Translations under genes and position numbers: made by a program | Origin: Pseudomonadota bacterium | GTDB lineage: Bacteria; Pseudomonadota; Alphaproteobacteria; Sphingomonadales; Sphingomonadaceae | Direction of reading: 5' to 3' | NCBI GenBank assembly: GCA_039795595.1 | Contig: JBDKLL010000126.1 | Span: 1 to 54,870 of the forward strand | Length of the DNA stretch: 54,870 nt | Shown: positions 28,650 to 38,154 of the stretch, in pieces | Layout: each line of letters opens with the position of its first letter | Numbering within the stretch: position 1 is the stretch's first letter | The notes under the pieces: generated by a model | The model's database searches: none | What the model was told of the DNA's origin: nothing | Seen by the model: only the letters and a program-made list of their open reading frames with translations

Positions 28650-30743
28650 ATGATCCTTACAGTTACGGCGGATAGCGCCGCTTTTCACCATCGTTTCGCG
28701 CATGATTTCGCGCGGTTTTCCCATCCCGCACGCCGGGCCATGCTGGCTACAGGGCTGGCGTTGGTTGCGATTGCGACACCGGCCCGCGCGGCAGACCCGC
28801 AGCCTGCGGTGGACACCAGTTTCGCGGTGGGTGAAATCATCGTCACCGCGCGGGGCATGGCTGGTTCGGCCAATACAGTCCTGACTTCGATCGACCGACT
28901 AAGCGGCGCGATCGCGCAGCGTGCCGATGTTCGCAATGCCTATGAACTGATCGGCCAGATGCCGGGGGTGCAACTGACCAATTTCGATCAGGGCACCACC
29001 AGCGGCAAGTTTTCGCTGCGCGGTTTCAACGGCGAGGGGACGATCAACGCGGTGAAGCTGCTGATCGATGGGATCCCGGCGAATAGCAACGATGGCAACA
29101 TGCCCTATATCGATCTGGTGTTCCCCTTGAACATCGCCGGGATCGAAGTGGTCCGCGGCACGGCGGACCCGCGCTTTGGGCTGCACGCGATTGCCGGCAG
29201 CGCGAACATCCTGACCCGCAGCGGGGGAACGTATCTTGATGCCCGCGCTGCGGCGGGTAGCTATGCCAACTATGAGGCCCAACTGGCTGCCGGTCTTGAG
29301 CGCGGCCCCATTACCCAGAATTATCAGCTTGCCTACCGGGACACCGCAGGGTTTCGCGATCACGGGCGGAGCAAACGCCTGAGCCTGTCGGGCAAATGGG
29401 CGGTAACGCTTGGCTCTGACGTAAAGCTCGGCGCGATCGCCCGCTATTACGATGCCAACGCAGACGAAGCCGGTTACCTGACTTTGGCCGATAGCCGGGC
29501 CACGCCGCGGGCCAGTAATGCTTATAATGCTGCGGATGGGGATACCCGGACGATCGCGCAATATGGTCTGACGGCCGATGTGGCATTTTCGGATCGGCTC
29601 GACTGGGTCAGCATGGCGTATCACAATCGCCTGCGCGATGATCGCTACGTCAAGTTTTCGGCCACTGCGGCGCAGCAGCGGCGGCTGACGGAAGAAGATC
29701 ACACCGGCATGACCAGCACGCTGCACTGGCATGGGGATCCGGCGGGCCTGCCAACTATGCTCGAAGCGGGTGGCACGGTGGAATGGCAGAATAACCGCTC
29801 GCTCCGCTGGCTGACAGCCGCGCGCGTGCCGACCAGCCAGACCCGCGACCAGCAGTTCGACCTGACTGTGGGCGGGGTCTATGTTCAGGCGATCGTCGAA
29901 CCGGCCAAGTGGCTTCGGATTACCCCGGCGTATCGGATCGATTGGGTGGGCGGCGCGTTTCACAACCGCCTGAACCACACCACTGCACCGATCAACCACT
30001 ATGGGCGGATCGCACAGCCGAAACTGTCGGTGGCGGTGATCCCTGCCGATGCGCTGACGCTTTATGCCAACTGGGGCAAGACCTTCCAGATCGGGCTGGG
30101 TTCGGGCGCTTACCTGATCCCGCCGCGGCAGGTCGATCTGGCACCGTCACGCAACACCGGATGGGAACTGGGGGGCAAGCTTCAGTTTGGCCGGATCGGC
30201 GAAGCCCGGCTGGCATATTGGACGCAGCGCGCGACTGGTGAAATCGCGCGCAAGCTCAACGACCCGCTGGGCGATTTTGAAAACGTGGGGGCAACCAATC
30301 GCCGCGGGATCGATCTGCAGGCGCGGATCATGCCTGCGCCGCAATGGTCGCTGTGGGGCGCGCTGGCGTGGCAGCAGGCGGTAATCGCTGTTCCGCCGCC
30401 GGGCAGCCCGGGTTATGCCGGCCACCAGATCGACCATACGCCGCAGTGGCTGTGGTCAGGCGGGGCGGATTGGCATCCGGCAAACTGGCTGACCCTTGCC
30501 CTGACGGCTCGCGGCCAATCGTCCTATTTCCTGTCCAGCGCGAATAGCGAAGGGCGCTGGGGCGCGCTGGCCATGGTTGATGCCGCGGCTACGATGCAGA
30601 TCAAACCCGGGGTGGAACTGGGCCTGACGGTGCGCAATATCGGTAACAGAGCGTCCGAATATGTCTGGTGGGATGGCGCGCAAACGCTGCATAGCCCGGC
30701 CGCGCGGCGCACCATTACCGCCAGCATCCGGTTACGCCAGTGA
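28650..30743 (+). CDS. TonB-dependent receptor
   Basis: EIIVTAR TonB box, MPGV, FSLRGF, LLIDGIP, IEVVRG, AGSANILT plug motifs; start uncertain (28650 or 28740). Confidence 0.93.
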   Translation: MILTVTADSAAFHHRFAHDFARFSHPARRAMLATGLALVAIATPARAADPQPAVDTSFAVGEIIVTARGMAGSANTVLTSIDRLSGAIAQRADVRNAYELIGQMPGVQLTNFDQGTTSGKFSLRGFNGEGTINAVKLLIDGIPANSNDGNMPYIDLVFPLNIAGIEVVRGTADPRFGLHAIAGSANILTRSGGTYLDARAAAGSYANYEAQLAAGLERGPITQNYQLAYRDTAGFRDHGRSKRLSLSGKWAVTLGSDVKLGAIARYYDANADEAGYLTLADSRATPRASNAYNAADGDTRTIAQYGLTADVAFSDRLDWVSMAYHNRLRDDRYVKFSATAAQQRRLTEEDHTGMTSTLHWHGDPAGLPTMLEAGGTVEWQNNRSLRWLTAARVPTSQTRDQQFDLTVGGVYVQAIVEPAKWLRITPAYRIDWVGGAFHNRLNHTTAPINHYGRIAQPKLSVAVIPADALTLYANWGKTFQIGLGSGAYLIPPRQVDLAPSRNTGWELGGKLQFGRIGEARLAYWTQRATGEIARKLNDPLGDFENVGATNRRGIDLQARIMPAPQWSLWGALAWQQAVIAVPPPGSPGYAGHQIDHTPQWLWSGGADWHPANWLTLALTARGQSSYFLSSANSEGRWGALAMVDAAATMQIKPGVELGLTVRNIGNRASEYVWWDGAQTLHSPAARRTITASIRLRQ

Positions 30744-31870
30744 TCCGGCGCGGCGGCCAGCGATTGCGCCGGATGGTCCGCGCGGGCCATCTGTGGCTCG
30801 GTTTGACGCTGGGCGGGCTGTTCGCACTGCTGGGGGTGAGCGGATCGCTTCTGGTATTCTATCCCGAGCTTGACGCCCTGTTGCACCCAGAAATCAGCGT
30901 GGTGGGCGCGGTGCCACCGGATTGGGACCGGGCGGTGCAGACGCTGCGCACCGCCTATCCTGACAAACTCGGTGCATGGCGGTTGGACGCCAACGGGGCG
31001 GGCGGGGCTATCCCAGCCCGGTATTACCACCCGCCTGAGCGCGCCGGGCATGATTTCCGGCCGATGATGGTGTGGCTGTCAGGCGATGGATCGCGGGTTC
31101 TGCGCCGTGATTACTGGGGCGAATATGCGGCAACCATGCTCTATGATTTCCATTACCGGCTGCTGCTTGGGGGGCGTGGGGGCAGGGTGCTGGGCTGGGC
31201 CGGGTTTGGCCTGCTGGCGCTACTGGCGTCGGGGATCTGGGCGTGGTGGCCGCGAGGATCGCTGGCCAAGGCGCTGCGGTTCAAGCGCGGTGCCGCGCCG
31301 CAGCGCCGCTTGCGCGATTGGCACAAACTGGCCGGATTGCTTGGCTTGCCAGTGCTGCTGATCCTGACGGGGAGCGGGGTCATGCTTGAATTGCCGCGGG
31401 AAAGTGATGCCGCCCTAGTGCGGACCGGCCTGCTAATCCGGCCCATGCCCCGGATTACGCCAGCACCAGCGTGCGCAGCGGCCTGCGGCACGGCATCCGG
31501 CGCGATCCGCGCGGCGCTGGCGGCATTGCCCGAAGCGCGATTGGCGTGGATCCAAACCCCGCCGCAGGGCAGCCGGATATATCAACTGCGGTTGCAGGTT
31601 CCGGGCGATCCCGGCCGTCGCTTTCCGCACAGCTATGTCTGGGTTGATGGTGCAAGCAGCCGCGTGATCGCGCGTTACGATGTGCGGCGCAGCGGCAATG
31701 GGGGGATCGTCAATGCCTGGTTGCACCCGCTGCACGATGGATCGGCATTTGGCCTGCTGGGGCGGTTGGTGGTTGCCTTTGCAGGACTGATCCCGGCGTT
31801 GCTACTGTGGACCGGATGGCGGCGCTGGTCCCGCCGCACGGTGCGGGCGGCGGCGGTGCGGGCGAGCTAA
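30740..31870 (+). CDS. PepSY-associated TM helix domain protein
   Basis: HLWLGL..SGSLLVF, FHYRLL, SGIWAWWPR, DWHKLAG, LHPLHDG conserved histidines. Confidence 0.9.
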   Translation: MIRRGGQRLRRMVRAGHLWLGLTLGGLFALLGVSGSLLVFYPELDALLHPEISVVGAVPPDWDRAVQTLRTAYPDKLGAWRLDANGAGGAIPARYYHPPERAGHDFRPMMVWLSGDGSRVLRRDYWGEYAATMLYDFHYRLLLGGRGGRVLGWAGFGLLALLASGIWAWWPRGSLAKALRFKRGAAPQRRLRDWHKLAGLLGLPVLLILTGSGVMLELPRESDAALVRTGLLIRPMPRITPAPACAAACGTASGAIRAALAALPEARLAWIQTPPQGSRIYQLRLQVPGDPGRRFPHSYVWVDGASSRVIARYDVRRSGNGGIVNAWLHPLHDGSAFGLLGRLVVAFAGLIPALLLWTGWRRWSRRTVRAAAVRAS

Positions 31871-31881
31871 AGTGAGGGAAG

Positions 31882-31971
31882 TGGCGGACAGGGTGGGATT
31901 CGAACCCACGGTGAGCTTGCACCCACGGCGGTTTTCAAGACCGCTGCCTTAAACCACTCGGCCACCTGTCC
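31882..31971 (-). tRNA. tRNA-Ser(TGA)
   Basis: Reverse strand GGACAGGTGGCCGAGTGG..GCGGT-CTTGAAA-ACCGC, long variable arm, GGTTCGAATCC, encoded CCA; 90 nt. Confidence 0.97.
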
Positions 31972-32055
31972 GTTGGGATGCGGCTAGCGACTGCGTTGCG
32001 GATTGTCACGCCCTTAGCGGTTTTCAATGTGCAGTGGCTGTGCGAAACTTTGTCG

Positions 32056-33099
32056 ATGAATTGGTTGCGCCGTTTGAAAATCGTGGTTTCCGTTGCAGTG
32101 GCCGCTTTTGCCTGCGCGTTGCCGGGGGCTGCGGTGACGGCGCAGGATAACCGTGAAGATCCCGCGTTTCAGGGCTATCTGCAATTGCTGGCTGCGCGCG
32201 CGCGCAGCGAAGGGGTGAGCGAAGCAACGATCCAGCGGATGATATCCGGGCTGACCCCGAACTCGCGGGTGATCGCGCTTGATCGCAGCCAGCCCGGGGC
32301 AGATCCCGGCACGCCGCCGCCGATTTCGGGCTATATCCGCACCCATGTCGATCCGGCGCGGATTGCGGGTGGGCGCAAGCTGCTGGGCGAACTGGGCGGC
32401 GATGCGGCGCGGATTGAGGCGGAATACGGCGTGCCGGCAAAGATCGTGCTCGCGATCTGGGGCCATGAAACCAACTATGGCCGCTACAAAGGGGACTTCG
32501 ATCTGGCCCGGGCGCTGGCCACTTTGGCTTACGAAGGCCGCCGCCGCGCCTTGTTCAGCGATGAATTCGTGGCGGTGCTGAAAATGGCCGATCGCGGCAT
32601 CCCGCGGGAGCGGTTGACCGGCAGTTGGGCCGGTGCGCTGGGCAACCCGCAATTCCTGCCCAGTGTTTACCTGCGCTTGGCGCGGGATGGCGATGGCAAC
32701 GGCGATATCGATATCTGGCACAGCCGGGCTGATACGCTGGCATCGATCGCCAATTACTTCCGCGATGCCGGTTGGCGGCCCGGGGAACCATGGGGTGTTC
32801 GGGCAACCATTCCCGCTGGCCTTGATCGCAGCATGCTGGTTTCACGGTTGCGCGCACCGGATTGCGCACGGGTTCACGTGCGCCATTCGCAGTGGCGCAG
32901 CGTGAGCGAATGGCGTTCGCTTGGCGTGGAGCCGCAGGCGCCGATTGCCGACACGACACTGGCCGCGCTGTTCGAACCAGATGGGCCGAATACTGGCGCC
33001 TACCTGATAACCGGCAATTACCGGGTGATCCTGCAATACAATTGCTCGAACTATTATGCATTATCGGTTGGGGTGCTGGCTGATGCCATCGCGCTATGA
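32056..33099 (+). CDS. Lytic murein transglycosylase (MltB family)
   Basis: AIWGHETNYG, GSWAGALGNPQFLPS, DGDGNGDID, ASIANY, YNCSNYYA. Confidence 0.92.
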   Translation: MNWLRRLKIVVSVAVAAFACALPGAAVTAQDNREDPAFQGYLQLLAARARSEGVSEATIQRMISGLTPNSRVIALDRSQPGADPGTPPPISGYIRTHVDPARIAGGRKLLGELGGDAARIEAEYGVPAKIVLAIWGHETNYGRYKGDFDLARALATLAYEGRRRALFSDEFVAVLKMADRGIPRERLTGSWAGALGNPQFLPSVYLRLARDGDGNGDIDIWHSRADTLASIANYFRDAGWRPGEPWGVRATIPAGLDRSMLVSRLRAPDCARVHVRHSQWRSVSEWRSLGVEPQAPIADTTLAALFEPDGPNTGAYLITGNYRVILQYNCSNYYALSVGVLADAIAL

Positions 33100-33196
33100 A
33101 ATCGCGCGAAAGCGCTGGGCGTAACCCCGCGGCGCAGGTCGACAATGCCCGGCGGGCAGTGCATGAGCAGCCGGTCGATGGGGCCGGGATAGTAAG

Positions 33197-33832
33197 ATGA
33201 AGCGCGGCAAGTTCATTGCATTTGAAGGCGGCGAAGGCGCGGGCAAGTCCACGCAGGCGCGCAAGCTGGCTGCGGCGCTCGAAGCCCGCGGGTTAAGCTG
33301 CGTCGTGACGCGCGAACCCGGCGGCACACCGGGTGCCGAAGCGATCCGCGCACTGCTGCTGGATACCAATGGCGATGGCTGGAACCCGCGGGCCGAGGCC
33401 TTGTTGTTCGCCGCGGCACGCTCAGATCATGTCGAACGGCTGATTAACCCCGCGATCGCGGCCGGGCGCTGGGTGATCTGCGATCGCTACATCGATTCAA
33501 GCCGGGCCTATCAGGGCGGGGCAGGGGGGCTTTCAGATGCCGACGTGCTGGCCTTGCACCGCGTTGGCAGCGCCGGCCTGCTGCCGGATCTGACGTTGCT
33601 GATCGGCGTTTCGGCTGAAACGGCGGCGCGGCGCACGCATGCGCGCGATGGCGATGTGGCAGACCGCATCGGCGGGCGCGATGCGGCCTATCATGCCCGC
33701 GTTGCCGCAGCGTTTGATCGCTTTGCCAGCGAAGAGCCCGGCCGCTTTGCCCGGATCGATGGCAATGGCGATGCCGATACGGTTCACGCAGCCGTTTTGC
33801 AGGCGCTTGAACCCTTGCTGGCGGACGTATGA
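33197..33832 (+). CDS. tmk: dTMP kinase
   Basis: FEGGEGAGKST, TREPGG, CDRYIDSSRAYQ. Confidence 0.97.
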   Translation: MKRGKFIAFEGGEGAGKSTQARKLAAALEARGLSCVVTREPGGTPGAEAIRALLLDTNGDGWNPRAEALLFAAARSDHVERLINPAIAAGRWVICDRYIDSSRAYQGGAGGLSDADVLALHRVGSAGLLPDLTLLIGVSAETAARRTHARDGDVADRIGGRDAAYHARVAAAFDRFASEEPGRFARIDGNGDADTVHAAVLQALEPLLADV

Positions 33833-34794
33833 CCGATCTGGCCGGGCATGACGCCGCATGGCGCGAATGGCGCAGCGCGATGGCATCGGCGCGGATGCAC
33901 CACGCGTGGATTCTGGCCGGCCCGAAAGGCGTTGGTAAAGGGCTGTTCGCGCGGGCCGCGGCGGCCGAACTGGTTGCCGAAGCGGGCATCCCGCAACTGC
34001 CGGCCGATCGCCACCCCGATATCCTGATCCCTGAACATCCGCCCGAGAACAAGGATGAAGCCAAGAAACGCGAGGAGGGGGGCGATTACCGGCGCAAACG
34101 GTCGATCCCGATCGATGAAATTCGGGCCATGCAGCACCGCTTGACCACGCGCCCCACGCTTGGCAGCCGCCGGGTGGTCATTATCGATCCCGCCGATGAT
34201 CTTGAGAAAAATGCCTCGAATGCCTTGCTGAAAAGCCTCGAAGAACCACCGGCGGGCACGTATTTTCTGCTGGTTGCGCACAAGCCCGGGCGCCTTTTGC
34301 CAACGATCCGCTCGCGCTGCCGGGTGCTGCGGTTCGATCCGCTGCCGGATGCGGTGATCGACCGTGTGCTGGGTGATCACGCGCCAGAGGCCGATGCTGC
34401 GGCGCGCAGCGCGGCGATCGCTGCAGCCGAAGGATCGCCCGGCGCGGCGCTGGAATTCGTGGCGCAAGATCTGGGCATCCTGCACCAGTTGATGCTGCGT
34501 TTGATCCGCGACGGCGATGATCATTTTGAACTGCGCGGCGCGCTGGCGGCCGCAATCGGCGCTCGGCCGGATCGTGAGCGCCAACAGGCGACGGTCGACC
34601 TGGCCCGGTCGGTTGTCGCCGCGCAATTGCGCGGGGGATCGCGCGCGCGCCAGGCCCAGATTATCGCGGTTCACGGCGAATTGGTGCGGCTAGCGGCGCA
34701 GTTGCCGAGCTACAACTTCGATGCGGCCCTTGTCGTCATGGAAATCGGAGCCTTGCTGGCCTCGCTCGCGATGCCTAGAGAGGCGTCATCCTGA
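33829..34794 (+). CDS. holB: DNA polymerase III subunit delta'
   Basis: HHAWILAGPKGVGK, HPD, NALLKSLEEPP, LLPTIRSRC; overlaps tmk. Confidence 0.93.
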   Translation: MTDLAGHDAAWREWRSAMASARMHHAWILAGPKGVGKGLFARAAAAELVAEAGIPQLPADRHPDILIPEHPPENKDEAKKREEGGDYRRKRSIPIDEIRAMQHRLTTRPTLGSRRVVIIDPADDLEKNASNALLKSLEEPPAGTYFLLVAHKPGRLLPTIRSRCRVLRFDPLPDAVIDRVLGDHAPEADAAARSAAIAAAEGSPGAALEFVAQDLGILHQLMLRLIRDGDDHFELRGALAAAIGARPDRERQQATVDLARSVVAAQLRGGSRARQAQIIAVHGELVRLAAQLPSYNFDAALVVMEIGALLASLAMPREASS

Positions 34795-34820
34795 CCCTTC
34801 TTGAAAGACCAGCACCGGCC

Positions 34821-36383
34821 ATGGCCGAACCGTTCTATATCACCACCGCGATCAGCTATCCCAACGGTAAACCGCACATTGGCCACGCCTATGAAGCGAT
34901 CGCCGCCGATGTCATTGCCCGGTTCCAGCGCCAATCGGGGCGTGATGTGCGGTTCCAGACTGGGACAGACGAACACGGCCTGAAAATGGCCCAAAAGGCG
35001 CGTGACCTGGGGCTTGCTCCAGCGCAGCTTGCTGATGAAATGTCACAACATTTCATTGATATGTGTGATGGTTTAAATGTTTCATATGATGTGTTCATGC
35101 GCACATCGGAAACACGCCACCATGCTGCCAGCCAGGAACTGTGGCGGCGGATGGAGGCCAGCGGCGATCTCTACCTTGATCGCTACGAAGGCTGGTATTC
35201 GATCCGCGACGAAGCCTATTACGATGAAAGCGAACTGACGGCAGGCGAGGGCGGGGAAAAGCTTTCCCCGCAAGGCACGCCGGTAGAATGGACTGTTGAG
35301 GAAAGCTGGTTTTTCCGCCTGTCAAAATATGCGGATCGATTGCTGGCGCTATATCGGGATCAGCCCGATTTCATCCGCCCGGAAAGCCGCCGCAACGAAG
35401 TGACCCGGTTCGTCGAAGGCGGACTGCGCGATCTTTCGGTATCGCGCACCAGTTTTGATTGGGGAGTCAAGGTTCCGGGTAGCGATGGCCACGTCATGTA
35501 CGTGTGGGTCGATGCCCTGACCAATTATTTGACCGGGCTTGGCTTTCCAGATGAAAGTGGTGATTTTGCAAAGTATTGGCCGGCCAACCTGCACTTGATT
35601 GGCAAGGACATCACGCGCTTTCACACGATCTATTGGCCGGCGTTCCTGTGGAGCGCGGGGATCGATCTGCCGCGCCACGTGTTTAGCCACGGGTTCCTGC
35701 TCAATCGCGGGCAGAAAGAATCCAAATCGCTGGGCAATGTTACCGATCCGATGGCGCTGGCAGAACGGTTTGGCGTGGATGCCGTGCGCTATTTCCTGAT
35801 GCGCGAAGTCGCCTTCGGGCAGGATGGCAGTTATTCGCCCGAAGCGATCGTTACGCGCACCAATGCTGAATTGGCCAACAGTTTCGGCAACTTGGCGCAG
35901 CGCTCGCTATCGATGATCTTCAAGAACCTTGATGGGCAGTTGCGCGCCGATTTGCCGCCAAGCGAGGCCGATCAGGCTTTGCTTGGCGAAGTGGAAACCC
36001 AAGTGGCCGCAATGGTTGCGCGGTTTGGCGAACTGGCTTTCAGCGATGGTTTGGAATGCTGGATGCGGGCGGTGTTCGCCTGCAACCAATACGTTGACGA
36101 TCAGGCTCCGTGGGCATTGCGCAAGACCGATCCAGACCGGATGGCGGCGGTGTTGATGGTGCTGCTGCGCTGTGTTCGCAGTCTGGCGATTGCGGTGCGC
36201 CCGGTGGTGCCGGCTTCGGCGGACAAGCTGCTTGATCAGATGGGGATTGCCGCAGGCGCGCGCGATTTCGCGGCGCTCGATAATCCCACCTGGCTGGCTG
36301 AACTGGTGGCCAGCGGGTTTGTGCTGGCACAGCCGGTCGGCGTGTTCCCGCGGCTTGAACTGCCGGCGGAAGATGCCGCCTGA
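34821..36383 (+). CDS. metG: Methionine--tRNA ligase
   Basis: YITTAISYPNGKPHIGH, GTDEHG, YVWVDAL, KESKS (KMSKS variant). Confidence 0.97.
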   Translation: MAEPFYITTAISYPNGKPHIGHAYEAIAADVIARFQRQSGRDVRFQTGTDEHGLKMAQKARDLGLAPAQLADEMSQHFIDMCDGLNVSYDVFMRTSETRHHAASQELWRRMEASGDLYLDRYEGWYSIRDEAYYDESELTAGEGGEKLSPQGTPVEWTVEESWFFRLSKYADRLLALYRDQPDFIRPESRRNEVTRFVEGGLRDLSVSRTSFDWGVKVPGSDGHVMYVWVDALTNYLTGLGFPDESGDFAKYWPANLHLIGKDITRFHTIYWPAFLWSAGIDLPRHVFSHGFLLNRGQKESKSLGNVTDPMALAERFGVDAVRYFLMREVAFGQDGSYSPEAIVTRTNAELANSFGNLAQRSLSMIFKNLDGQLRADLPPSEADQALLGEVETQVAAMVARFGELAFSDGLECWMRAVFACNQYVDDQAPWALRKTDPDRMAAVLMVLLRCVRSLAIAVRPVVPASADKLLDQMGIAAGARDFAALDNPTWLAELVASGFVLAQPVGVFPRLELPAEDAA

Positions 36384-37159
36384 TGCTGATCGATTCCCAC
36401 TGCCACCTGGAATACAAAGGGCTGGTTGATGATCAGTCCGGCGTATTGGCGCGGGCCCGCGCGGCCGGGGTGGGGGGCTTCCTGTCGATTTCCACCCGGC
36501 AGCGCGAATGGGGTCAGGTGATCGCCACAGCAGACCGCGAACCAGATGTCTGGGCCAGCGTGGGGATTCATCCGCACGAAGCCGATGACCACGCCGATCT
36601 GGGCGAAGCCGCGTTGCTGGCCGCCACCGCCCATCCGCGGGTGATCGCGATCGGGGAAACCGGGCTGGATTATTATTACGATCATTCCGACCGGGCTATG
36701 CAACAGGCGTTGTTCCGGCGGCACATTGCGGTTGCCCGCACCACCGGCCTGCCGCTGATCATCCACACCCGCGAGGCCGAAGCCGATACTGCGGCGATCC
36801 TGCGCGAGGAGTTGGAGCAGGGAGCTTTTCCCGCGCTGATCCATTGTTTTACCGCATCGGCCGAATTTGGCCGGGAGATGCTTGATCTGGGGCTGACGAT
36901 TTCGATTTCCGGGATCGTAACTTTCAAAAATGCCAGAGACTTGCAAGCCATAGTCGCACAATTACCTGAAGATCGGCTGCTGGTGGAAACCGATGCCCCG
37001 TTTCTGGCGCCGGTGCCGCACCGTGGGCAAGTGTGCGAACCTGCGTTCGTGGTGGATACGGCGCGGTTTGTTGCTGATTTGCGCGGAATTTCGGTGGAGC
37101 AACTGGCCGAAACCACGACCCGCAATTTCCGCAACTTGTTCACCAAGGCCGGGCTGTGA
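36383..37159 (+). CDS. TatD family hydrolase
   Basis: IDSHCHL, GIHPH, IGETGLDY, IHCF, ETDAPFL. Confidence 0.95.
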   Translation: MLIDSHCHLEYKGLVDDQSGVLARARAAGVGGFLSISTRQREWGQVIATADREPDVWASVGIHPHEADDHADLGEAALLAATAHPRVIAIGETGLDYYYDHSDRAMQQALFRRHIAVARTTGLPLIIHTREAEADTAAILREELEQGAFPALIHCFTASAEFGREMLDLGLTISISGIVTFKNARDLQAIVAQLPEDRLLVETDAPFLAPVPHRGQVCEPAFVVDTARFVADLRGISVEQLAETTTRNFRNLFTKAGL

Positions 37160-37923
37160 AACTGGTCATTCTTGGCTGCGGAACGTCAACCGGGGTGCCG
37201 CGGATCGGCAACGATTGGGGGCTGTGTGATCCGCAGGAACCCAAGAACCGCCGCACGCGGGCCTCGGTCATGGTCGAAAGTGCGGCCGGTGCGCGCTTGC
37301 TGGTCGATACGTCCACCGATCTGCGCCAACAGTTGCTGAGCAATACGATCGACAAGGTTGATGCGGTGTTCTGGACCCATGATCACGCCGATCACGCCCA
37401 CGGAATCGATGATATGCGTGTCATGCGCTATGGCCGGGCCGGGCCGATCCCCGGTTATGCCGCGGATGAAACCGCGCGGCGGCTGCGGCAGCGGTTCGGC
37501 TATGTGTTTGCCGGCCAGTTCGGTTACCCGACGATCATGAACCTTGAAACGCTGGAACGGCTGCGGATGTGCGCCGGCTTTGGCGTGGCAGCCTGCCAGA
37601 TGCCGCACGGCCCGGCGCAAAGCACCGCATTTCGCTTTGACTGCGATGGAAAGTCGGTTGGCTATGCCACTGATTTCAGTGAAATAACGCGTGAAATGGT
37701 GGAACTGTTTCATGGCGTCGATCTGCTGGTCAGCGATTGCCTGCGGCGTGAACCCCATCCGACCCATGCACATCTGGGCATGGCGCTGGAGCTGATCGAG
37801 GCAACGCGCGCCAACCGTGCGGTGCTGACGCATCTCGACAAGTCGCTCGACTATGCCACGCTATCTGGCGAAGTGCCGGCGCACGTGGCGGTGGGCTTTG
37901 ACGGCATGGTGGTTGAATTATGA
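37156..37923 (+). CDS. MBL-fold metallo-hydrolase (PhnP-like)
   Basis: LGCGTSTGVP, THDHADHAHG. Confidence 0.92.
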   Translation: MKLVILGCGTSTGVPRIGNDWGLCDPQEPKNRRTRASVMVESAAGARLLVDTSTDLRQQLLSNTIDKVDAVFWTHDHADHAHGIDDMRVMRYGRAGPIPGYAADETARRLRQRFGYVFAGQFGYPTIMNLETLERLRMCAGFGVAACQMPHGPAQSTAFRFDCDGKSVGYATDFSEITREMVELFHGVDLLVSDCLRREPHPTHAHLGMALELIEATRANRAVLTHLDKSLDYATLSGEVPAHVAVGFDGMVVEL

Positions 37924-38099
37924 GCGGGAACGCCTTGGCCACTGTGATCGTGCTGGCGACGTTCCTTGCGCTGGTGGTGCGGTCGTTGCTGGCGCGGCAG
38001 GTGCCCGTTCGGCGCTGGCTGTGGATGATTGCGGCGTGGGTGCTCGTAATTGCAGGTTTGACAGTCATTTTCAGCAAGTTTCCGTTGCAAATGCTGTAA
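37920..38099 (+). CDS. 59-aa two-TM small protein (not in ORF track)
   Basis: ATG overlaps the MBL stop (ATGA); MSGNALATVIVLATFLALVVRSLLARQVPVRRWLWMIAAWVLVIAGLTVIFSKFPLQML*. Confidence 0.6.
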   Translation: MSGNALATVIVLATFLALVVRSLLARQVPVRRWLWMIAAWVLVIAGLTVIFSKFPLQML

Positions 38100-38113
38100 T
38101 TCATTCATGCTAT

Positions 38114-38141
38114 ATTTAACATAATATATATTATCATTCTT
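38114..38141 (-). other. dif: dif site (XerC/XerD chromosome dimer resolution)
   Basis: Minus strand AAGAATGATAA-TATATA-TTATGTTAAAT; XerD arm identical to E. coli dif; KOPS motifs converge on it. Confidence 0.88.
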
Positions 38142-38154
38142 AACGAGCCGGATC

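Noticed and set aside
18872-31971. Accessory block as an integrative element at the tRNA-Ser 3' end
   Set aside because: No integrase or transposase, no duplicated tRNA 3' end seen, and composition looks like the flanks; an old insertion cannot be excluded
38121-38134. Palindrome ataatatatattat as a mazG transcription-factor operator
   Set aside because: Better explained as the core of the dif site
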